From: Pseudolabrys sp.
Lineage (GTDB): Bacteria > Pseudomonadota > Alphaproteobacteria > Rhizobiales > Xanthobacteraceae
DNA length: 64,000 nucleotides
Assembly: GCA_036496445.1 (NCBI GenBank)
Contig: DASXLC010000013.1
Span: 13,836 to 77,835, forward strand
Direction of reading: 5' to 3'
This document shows positions 56,922 through 64,000 of this stretch, piece by piece; within the stretch, counting starts at the first letter, position 1, and each line of letters starts with the position of its first letter. The notes beneath the pieces are model-generated. The model saw nothing but the letters and a program-made list of their open reading frames with translations, did no database searches and had not been told where the DNA came from. The position numbers and the translations under genes are program-made.

Positions 56922-57656
56922 ATGGATGTTTTTGCCGAGTTTGATTTGCAAAAAATTGCCCTTTTGCTCGACGTTGACGGAACTATCGTTGATATCGGTC
57001 CGTCACCGACCGAAGTGCATGTTGGTGCCGGCCTGCTGGAGACACTCAAGCGTTTGTTCGCTCTCATGGATGGAGCGCTCGCTCTCGTGAGCGGCCGTCC
57101 GATCGGCGATCTGGATCGGCTCTTTGCGCCCTTACGTCTGCCGACAATTGGCGGCCACGGCGCCGAGATGCGCTTGCGTGACAATGAAGTATTTTTTTGG
57201 GCGAAGCCCCTGCCGCACGATCTGCGCAAGCGCCTCGCGGAAAGCACCGGCATTGGGTCCGGAGTTGTGGTTGAGGACAAGGACTATTCTCTCGCGCTGC
57301 ACTATCGGAAATCTCCCGGGCTGGCAGACAGCCTGCGCCGGCATGTCGCGGCGAGCCAGGCGGCATTTCCTGGCGAGCCGACCGAATTGCTGCAGGGCAA
57401 GGCAATGTTCGAGGTCAAGCGTCCAGGCGTCAACAAGGGCGAAAGCGTTCGCCGGCTGATGGCGCATTCGCCCTTCGCCGGGCGAATGCCTGTCTTCATT
57501 GGGGATGATGTGACCGATGAGTCCGTTTTCGAGGTCTTGCCCGAAATCGGTGGCAAGGGATTCAGTGTCAATCGTCACTTTCCGGGGCTGACCGGAATAT
57601 TCAGAAATCCGGCGCACGTGCGTGACGTCCTGCGCGCTCTTGCCGACGTTGGATAG
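56922..57656 (+). CDS. otsB: Trehalose-6-phosphate phosphatase
   Basis: DVDGT, SGR, HGAE, NKG, GDDVTDE. Confidence 0.95.
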   Translation: MDVFAEFDLQKIALLLDVDGTIVDIGPSPTEVHVGAGLLETLKRLFALMDGALALVSGRPIGDLDRLFAPLRLPTIGGHGAEMRLRDNEVFFWAKPLPHDLRKRLAESTGIGSGVVVEDKDYSLALHYRKSPGLADSLRRHVAASQAAFPGEPTELLQGKAMFEVKRPGVNKGESVRRLMAHSPFAGRMPVFIGDDVTDESVFEVLPEIGGKGFSVNRHFPGLTGIFRNPAHVRDVLRALADVG

Positions 57657-57665
57657 GCTATTCAT

Positions 57666-59462
57666 ATGACGGACTACGGACTGGATCTTGCAGTTATCGG
57701 CAACGGCCGTACCGCGGCGCTGCTCGATCCGTCCTCACGTATCGTGTGGTGGTGCCTGCCGCGTTACGACGGGGATCCGGTTTTTTGCCGCTTGCTCGCC
57801 GGCAATGAGGATAAGGGCTTCACCGATGTAGTGCTCGACGGACAGGTCGACATCCGTTCCGAATACATTCGAAATACTGCGATCGTGTCGACCGAGCTGA
57901 TCGACAAGGATGGTGGCGCGGTGCGCATCACCGATTTCGCGCCACGCTTCCAGATCTATGGCCGCACATTTCGTCCACCTCAGCTCATGCGCATCATTGA
58001 GCCGATCAGTGGTATGCCGCGCGTCACCATCCGCTTCCGTGCCACGCATCGATATGGCGAACCCGTGATATCGCGATCCTCCGGGAGCAACCACATTCGA
58101 TACTGGCGCGATGAAGTGCCGGTCAGGCTCACCACTGACGCACCGCTCTCATACGTGGAGAATGAGGCATCGTTCATACTAACGCGGCCGGTGCATCTGG
58201 TTTTCGGGACTGACGAGCCCTTCGAAGGTTCGCTTGAAAGTACGTGCCGCGATTTCTGTGAACGCACGCGGGACTATTGGCACGAGTGGGTGAGGCGGCT
58301 GGCCTTTTCGATTGACTGGCAGGACGAGATCATCCGCGCGGCCATCACACTGAAGCTGTGCAATTACGAGGAGACCGGCGCTATCGTGGCGGCGCTGACC
58401 ACCTCCATTCCCGAGGTCCCGGGATCAGGACGCAACTGGGACTATCGATTTTGTTGGATGCGTGATGCCTTCTTTGTCGTGCGGGCGCTGAATCGCATCG
58501 GTGCAACGCGTACGATGGAGGATTTCATCTCCTATATTCTGAGCGTCGCCGGTGGCCGCGCCGATCAGGTCCGGCCGCTCTATGGCGTGGTGCATACGGA
58601 TGTCCTTGAGGAGCGAACTGCGCCGGCGCTCGCCGGATACGGAGGGGACGGACCGGTGCGGATCGGTAACGCAGCGGTCAGTCAGAGCCAGCACGATGTC
58701 TACGGCAGCATCATCATGGCCGCGACGCCGATGTTCTTTGATCGCAGGTTGCCCCGGCCGGGCGATGCTGCCCTCTTTCACACGATCGAGCCGTTTGGCG
58801 AACAGGCCGCGAAGCTCGCGCTCGAGCCGGATGCCGGTATATGGGAATATCGCGGGCGCAAGCGCGTGCACACGCATTCGGCGGCGATGTGCTGGGCGGG
58901 GTGCCAGCGGCTTGCGGCAATCGCCACTCACCTCAATTTGCCGGACCGTGCGGCCTATTGGGGCGGAATATCAGAGCGTATCGGAGAGCAGGTGCTGAAT
59001 CGCGCCTGGAATCCCAAGCGCAAGGCATTTTCGGCGGCCTTCGAAAGTGACGACCTTGATGCCAGCGCGCTTTTGCTGGCCGAACTCGGGCTGGTGCCGC
59101 CCGATGATCCGCGGTTTGTGGCAACCGTGGAGGCCATCGGACATGAACTTCGGCGCGGCTTCCACGTTATGAGGTATGTCGCTGCCGACGATTTCGGCCC
59201 GCCGGAATCGGCCTTTTTGATTTGCCGCTTCTGGCTGATCGATGCAATGTGGGAAGTTGGACGGCGTGACGAGGCCCGCGACATGTTCGTCGATGCGCTG
59301 CGAATGCGAAATCGCTACGGCCTCCTGTCAGAGGACGTACACCCAGTGACCGGAAAATTGTGGGGGAATTTTCCGCAGACGTACTCAATGTCAGGGTTGA
59401 TATTGACGGCAATCAAGCTGTCGCGAAGCTGGGGAGACCGGTATTGGCGCGGCTCGTCGTAG
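57666..59462 (+). CDS. Glycoside hydrolase family 15 (trehalase-like)
   Basis: NWDYRFCWMRD, GIWEYR, LLSED, GNFPQ. Confidence 0.95.
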   Translation: MTDYGLDLAVIGNGRTAALLDPSSRIVWWCLPRYDGDPVFCRLLAGNEDKGFTDVVLDGQVDIRSEYIRNTAIVSTELIDKDGGAVRITDFAPRFQIYGRTFRPPQLMRIIEPISGMPRVTIRFRATHRYGEPVISRSSGSNHIRYWRDEVPVRLTTDAPLSYVENEASFILTRPVHLVFGTDEPFEGSLESTCRDFCERTRDYWHEWVRRLAFSIDWQDEIIRAAITLKLCNYEETGAIVAALTTSIPEVPGSGRNWDYRFCWMRDAFFVVRALNRIGATRTMEDFISYILSVAGGRADQVRPLYGVVHTDVLEERTAPALAGYGGDGPVRIGNAAVSQSQHDVYGSIIMAATPMFFDRRLPRPGDAALFHTIEPFGEQAAKLALEPDAGIWEYRGRKRVHTHSAAMCWAGCQRLAAIATHLNLPDRAAYWGGISERIGEQVLNRAWNPKRKAFSAAFESDDLDASALLLAELGLVPPDDPRFVATVEAIGHELRRGFHVMRYVAADDFGPPESAFLICRFWLIDAMWEVGRRDEARDMFVDALRMRNRYGLLSEDVHPVTGKLWGNFPQTYSMSGLILTAIKLSRSWGDRYWRGSS

Positions 59463-60859
59463 TGTCGAACAGAGTTGGTATCCCTGATCGCAGCACGCGG
59501 GCCGGCGGGCTCGAAGTGGCGATCAGACCCGCGCTCAAGCGGCACGGTGGCCTCTGGTTTGGCTGGAGTGGACGCGTTGCAGACGGTTCGATTCCGGCAG
59601 TCAAGACCGTTACCCACGACAACACCACTTACGCCACCGTCGATCTGAGCAAGGATGACTACCAGGAGTTCTACAACGGTTTCGCAAACCGTGTGTTGTG
59701 GCCAATCCTGCATTACCGGCTCGACCTTGCCGAATTCACGCGCCGCGACCTTGGCGGTTATTTCCGGGTCAACCAGTATTTCGCCACTCATCTGGAAAAA
59801 TTGCTGCGGCCCGATGATGTCCTGTGGGTGCATGACTATCACTTGATTCCACTGGCCAAGGCGTTGCGCGATCGTGGCCACAACAACAAGATCGGTTTTT
59901 TCATCCACATTCCGTTCCCGCCGCCGGAAATTCTCACGGCCTTGCCCAACCATGATCAGCTGATTCCGGCGCTCTGCCACTACGACCTGGTCGGCTACCA
60001 GACTGAAGTCGATGCCGCGAATTTTTCCCGCTACATCGCCAATGAATGCGGACTGCCCTGGGCGAATGGCAATAGCTTTCACTTCGGCAACCGTGTTGTG
60101 CAGATCGGCACATTTCCAGTTGGGGTGGAGACGGAAGCATTCGCGCGCCTGGCGCGCCGTGCGATCGAGACCGAGTTCGTGCGCGACGTTCTGGGGAGTC
60201 TGTCTGGCCGTGCCATGATTATCGGCGTTGACCGGCTCGACTACAGCAAAGGCATTCCGGAACGCATGAGCGCGTTCGAGCGGTTCCTCGCGAATTTTCC
60301 CGACTGGCGCGGGAAGGTCACATATCTTCAGATTACGCCGCGTAGCCGTACAGGCATTCCCGAATATGCCGATATGGGCCGGGCCGTCGGTGAAGCGGTC
60401 GGCCGCATCAACGGCGCTTACGGTGAGGCGTCGTGGACGCCGGTGCGTTACATCAACAAGGCACACAGCCGCACGGCGCTCGCCGGACTTTACCGCGCTG
60501 CGCGCGCGGGGCTGGTTACGCCTTTGCGGGACGGGATGAATCTGGTGGCCAAGGAATTCGTCGCCGCACAAAACGCGGACGATCCGGGCGTGCTGATCCT
60601 TTCGCGCTTTGCCGGCGCCGCACATGAATGCACCGCTGCGCTGCTGGTCAACCCCTATGATTCGGAGGGAGTCGGCACCGCCATCAACCGCGCGCTATCA
60701 ATGCCGCTGGATGAGCGGCGCCAGCGCCATGCGGCCAATTTCAAGGTCCTAGTGCGCAATGATATCAGCCACTGGTCCGCGCGTTTCCTTCGGATGCTTG
60801 AGGAGCCGCCCGGCAGCGCGGATGCTCCGGCGCGGGTGCGCATTGCAGGCGGGCGTTGA
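59444..60859 (+). CDS. otsA: Trehalose-6-phosphate synthase
   Basis: VVSNR, AGGL, HDYHL, DRLDYSKG, DGMNLVAKE. TTG start at 59444. Confidence 0.96.
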   Translation: MARLVVVSNRVGIPDRSTRAGGLEVAIRPALKRHGGLWFGWSGRVADGSIPAVKTVTHDNTTYATVDLSKDDYQEFYNGFANRVLWPILHYRLDLAEFTRRDLGGYFRVNQYFATHLEKLLRPDDVLWVHDYHLIPLAKALRDRGHNNKIGFFIHIPFPPPEILTALPNHDQLIPALCHYDLVGYQTEVDAANFSRYIANECGLPWANGNSFHFGNRVVQIGTFPVGVETEAFARLARRAIETEFVRDVLGSLSGRAMIIGVDRLDYSKGIPERMSAFERFLANFPDWRGKVTYLQITPRSRTGIPEYADMGRAVGEAVGRINGAYGEASWTPVRYINKAHSRTALAGLYRAARAGLVTPLRDGMNLVAKEFVAAQNADDPGVLILSRFAGAAHECTAALLVNPYDSEGVGTAINRALSMPLDERRQRHAANFKVLVRNDISHWSARFLRMLEEPPGSADAPARVRIAGGR

Positions 60860-60862
60860 ACC

Positions 60863-62806
60863 TTATGCCGCTGCCTTCATCCGCCGGACATCGGGCGGCA
60901 CCGCTTCCTCGGCGAGAGCCGTGAGCGCTGCGTCCAGCGACATGACTTGCTGGTCTTCCTTGCCCAGCCGCCGGATCGAGACCGTACCGTCGGCGGCTTC
61001 CTTTTTGCCGACAACGAGCAGGACAGGGACCTTGGCGAGGGAGTGCTCCCGCACCTTGTAGTTTATCTTCTCGTTGCGGAGGTCGCCTTCGACGCGCAGC
61101 CCATGTTTTCGTGCCGCTTCGATCGCCTCGCGCGCGAAGCCGTCTGCGTCCGAGGTAATGGTGGCGACGACCGCTTGCACCGGCGACAACCAGAGCGGCA
61201 GGTGGCCCGCGTAATGCTCGATCAGAATGCCGGTAAAGCGCTCGAGCGAGCCGAACATGGCGCGGTGGAGCATCACCGGGGTGACCTTGTTTGAGTGCTC
61301 GTCGATATAGAAGGCGCCAAGCCGGCCCGGCAGATTGAGATCGACCTGCACTGTGCCGCATTGCCAGTCACGGCCGATGGCATCGCGCAAGACATATTCG
61401 AGCTTCGGTCCGTAGAAAGCACCTTCACCCTTGTTCAGTGTCCACGGCCGGCCCGATGCCTTGAGCGCCGCCATGAGCGCGCTTTCGGCCTTGTCCCACA
61501 CGACATCCTCGCCGATGCGCTTGTCCGGCCTGTCGGAGAATTTGATGCGTACGTCCGAGAAGCCAAAATCCTCATAAATCGAGAGGATTAGGTCGTTCAT
61601 TTTGAGTGATTCATCAGCAATCTGGCTCTCGCTGACGAAGACGTGTGCGTCGTCCTGGGTAAAAGCCCGCACGCGCATGAGACCGTGCAGTGCGCCGGAC
61701 GGCTCGAAGCGATGGACTTTGCCGAACTCCGCGATCTTCACGGGGAGCTCCCGGTAGCTGCGCAGCCCGTTCTTGAAAATCTGTATGTGGCCAGGGCAGT
61801 TCATCGGCTTGACGGCATAGACCCGTTCATCTTCCTCGCGTTTCTGCGTCAGGAAGATCATGTCCGAGTAGGTCGGGATGTGCCCTGTTGTCTCCCACAG
61901 CGTCTTGTCCATCAGTTGCGGGGAGTTGACCTCGACATAGCCGGCGGCGGTCTGCCGGCGGCGGATATAGTTCTCAAGCGCCTGAAACAGGGTCCAGCCT
62001 TTGGCGTGCCAAAATACCGAGCCAGGCGCTTCTTCCTGGAAGTGAAACAGGTCCATCTCGCGCCCGACGCGGCGGTGATCGCGCTTTTCGGCTTCCTCGA
62101 TCTGCCTGAGATAGGCGTCGAGCTCTTCCTGCTTCGCGAAGGCGGTCCCGTAGATGCGGGTGAGCATCGGGTTCTTTGAATCGCCGCGCCAGTAGGCGCC
62201 AGCCACCTTCATCAGCTTGAACGCATTGCCCACTTTGCCGACCGACGTCATATGCGGCCCGCGGCAAAGATCGAACCAGTCGCCTTGCTTGTATATCTTG
62301 ATCTGCTGGTCGGCCGGGATGGCGTCTATCAGTTCAACTTTGAACGCCTCGCCCATCTCGCGGAAGGTTTTCTTCGCCTGTTCCCGCGACCAGACTTCCT
62401 TCGTGAAGGGTTTGTCGCGCGCGACGATCTCGCGCATCTTCTTTTCGATCACGGGCAGATCTTCCAGCGTGAACGGCTGGTTGCGGGCGAAGTCGTAGTA
62501 GAAGCCGTTTTCGATCACCGGGCCGATGGTCACCTGAGTGCCAGGCCACAAATTCTGCACCGCTTCGGCAAGCACGTGAGCGGCATCATGCCGGATTAGT
62601 TCGAGCGCACGCGGGTCGTCGCGTGGGATAAATTCGATCCTGGCGTCGCGGTCGATCGGGTCGCCTAGATCGGCGAGGGCGCCGTCGAGCACCATGGCGA
62701 CAGTGCGCTTTGCCAGCGAGGGCGAGATGCCCTTGGCAATATCAAGGCCGGTTGTACCTGAGGGGTATTCGCGGCGTGCGCCGTCGGGAAAGGTCAGCGC
62801 GACCAT
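60863..62806 (-). CDS. thrS: Threonine--tRNA ligase
   Basis: TGS domain, DLCRGPH, KPMNCP, FYGPK, HRA.FGSLERF. Confidence 0.99.
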   Translation of the reverse strand: MVALTFPDGARREYPSGTTGLDIAKGISPSLAKRTVAMVLDGALADLGDPIDRDARIEFIPRDDPRALELIRHDAAHVLAEAVQNLWPGTQVTIGPVIENGFYYDFARNQPFTLEDLPVIEKKMREIVARDKPFTKEVWSREQAKKTFREMGEAFKVELIDAIPADQQIKIYKQGDWFDLCRGPHMTSVGKVGNAFKLMKVAGAYWRGDSKNPMLTRIYGTAFAKQEELDAYLRQIEEAEKRDHRRVGREMDLFHFQEEAPGSVFWHAKGWTLFQALENYIRRRQTAAGYVEVNSPQLMDKTLWETTGHIPTYSDMIFLTQKREEDERVYAVKPMNCPGHIQIFKNGLRSYRELPVKIAEFGKVHRFEPSGALHGLMRVRAFTQDDAHVFVSESQIADESLKMNDLILSIYEDFGFSDVRIKFSDRPDKRIGEDVVWDKAESALMAALKASGRPWTLNKGEGAFYGPKLEYVLRDAIGRDWQCGTVQVDLNLPGRLGAFYIDEHSNKVTPVMLHRAMFGSLERFTGILIEHYAGHLPLWLSPVQAVVATITSDADGFAREAIEAARKHGLRVEGDLRNEKINYKVREHSLAKVPVLLVVGKKEAADGTVSIRRLGKEDQQVMSLDAALTALAEEAVPPDVRRMKAAA

Positions 62807-62823
62807 CAGCGGCTCCTGTTGCT

Positions 62824-62852
62824 CACTCGCTGCCTACGAATGCAGGTAAGCG
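62824..62852 (-). promoter_or_regulatory. Hairpin in the thrS leader with a tRNA-Thr anticodon-like loop (AUUCGUAG)
   Basis: mRNA reads CGCUU-AC-CUGC-AUUCGUAG-GCAG-C-GAGUG at -46 to -18, directly upstream of AGGAG. Confidence 0.55.
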
Positions 62853-62888
62853 TGGAACTCGATATAGCAGGCAAATCGTACGGTGCAA

Positions 62889-63221
62889 CTACGCCCGCGG
62901 CGTTTCATTGACGCCGCGCCAACGGCCATAGCGCCATGGCAAAAACCAGCGCGCTCTCTCAGGAAGATGACCGGGGACGAAATCCAGACCCGACGTTCCC
63001 AAGGGATGGCAGCGTAGGATGCGTGCGATCGCCATCCATCCGCCAGCCCATAGGCCGAAACGGCCAAGGGCCTCATCTGCGTAATCGGAGCAGGTCGGCA
63101 GATGCCGGCAGCGTGGGCCGAGCAGCGGTGAAAGTGTGATGCGATAAAGTTTGACCAGCCCACGCCCCGCGAGGCGAGGTAATCGCGCCAGGTGAGGTAT
63201 GTGCCCTCCGTTGTCCGACAT
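62889..63221 (-). CDS. yidD: Membrane protein insertion efficiency factor
   Basis: SPLLGPRCRHLPTCSDY, RILRCHP. Confidence 0.92.
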   Translation of the reverse strand: MSDNGGHIPHLARLPRLAGRGLVKLYRITLSPLLGPRCRHLPTCSDYADEALGRFGLWAGGWMAIARILRCHPLGTSGLDFVPGHLPERARWFLPWRYGRWRGVNETPRA

Positions 63222-63453
63222 GATCAGTTTCAAGTTCCAGTGAAAGTTCAGGAGCGGAAAGTTCCATTGGAGGGTCGAAATCCAGGGAACTGCTTGGGCT
63301 TTGGTAGTGATAGCGACTTTTTTACACTAGACCCGAATCTCGCAACTGCACTAAGACTGACTGAACGCCGGGGGTATCAGGCGTCGCTTAAGCCCAGCCA
63401 GAACGTGGACGACCACGCAAGAATAAAGGGTCAGGCGGCGAGTCAGGGGAAGA

Positions 63454-64000
63454 ATGAGCCGTTCCCGTTCGTTGGCTACCGCGCTCGCTTTGGCGGCGCC
63501 TGTCTTGTTGTTGCCGGCATCGGTGCGGGGATCCGACCGTACGCTGCCGATGCACTTCGAATTGCGCACGCAGGGCCCCGCGGATGCCTGCGGCACAAGC
63601 TGCAAGGTTTTTGTCTCCGCAGCGGGCGCGATTACCGCGGATACGCCGCGCAGTTTCCTTGTCTTTGCGCAAGGCCATGATCTGGCCGGCGCAACAATCG
63701 CAATCGATTCCGATGGCGGCTCCGTGCTCGGTGCCATTGCGCTGGGACGTGCAATACGCAAGCTAAAACTGCTTACGACAGTTGGTCGGCTCGTCGATAT
63801 TCCGGCCGATGGTCAGAATGATCAGCGTGCTGTGCTTTCACCAAACGCCGATTGCGAGTCGATGTGTGCCTTTGTGCTGCTCGGTGGTGTGCAGCGATCG
63901 GTTCCGGCCGACGCACGCGTGATGGTGCATCAGATCTGGCTGGGCGACCGCCGCGAGGATCCGACGGCGGCCAGTTATTCGGCGGAGGATCTCGTGCTGG
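63454..64000 (+). CDS. Exported ClpP/crotonase-fold protein (COG3904-like); runs off the window
   Basis: My translation from ATG 63454: signal peptide, GAITADT, DSDGGSV, CESMCAF..LGG, MVHQ. Confidence 0.75.
   Translation, partial: MSRSRSLATALALAAPVLLLPASVRGSDRTLPMHFELRTQGPADACGTSCKVFVSAAGAITADTPRSFLVFAQGHDLAGATIAIDSDGGSVLGAIALGRAIRKLKLLTTVGRLVDIPADGQNDQRAVLSPNADCESMCAFVLLGGVQRSVPADARVMVHQIWLGDRREDPTAASYSAEDLVL

Overview
High-GC alphaproteobacterial DNA; the gene order in the right half suggests Hyphomicrobiales (Xanthobacteraceae/Nitrobacteraceae-like), which is inference. Bases 1-35,350 look like an accessory catabolic island whose right end is a degenerate 3' half of tRNA-Leu(TAA), a likely att relic. 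The island has three parts. (i) An oxidative module: flavin monooxygenase, dienelactone hydrolase, GntR, Ldh_2 dehydrogenase, Rid, two cupins, ACMSD-like amidohydrolase and an MBL-fold hydrolase. (ii) A hydrolytic N-heterocycle module next to a divergent MocR regulator: LVIVD beta-propeller, atypical cytosine-deaminase-like enzyme, NMT1/THI5-type ABC importer, dihydroorotase-family cyclic amidohydrolase, isochorismatase-family hydrolase, barbiturase-like ring-opening amidohydrolase and amidase. (iii) Three more ABC importers, a triple-Rid fusion, further decarboxylase-like enzymes and a cyclase gene remnant. The strongest candidate for an undescribed system is the barbiturase-centred cluster. 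It parallels the s-triazine pathway but appears tuned to pyrimidines and lacks the known oxidative-pathway partners; the substrate is not determinable from sequence. Bases 35,350-64,000 are core-like chromosome: cspA, CDF transporter, pxpA, copA/csoR, MesD-like methionine synthase, cysE, BTLCP-PilZ-PAS-rhomboid-CBS-patatin block, otsB-GH15-otsA, thrS, yidD. Non-coding signals include a tRNA-Thr anticodon-mimic hairpin before thrS, a candidate sRNA with its own promoter and terminator, C-rich/G4 double hairpins, a CsoR operator and CtrA-like boxes. All calls are from motif recognition by eye; no database searches were run.
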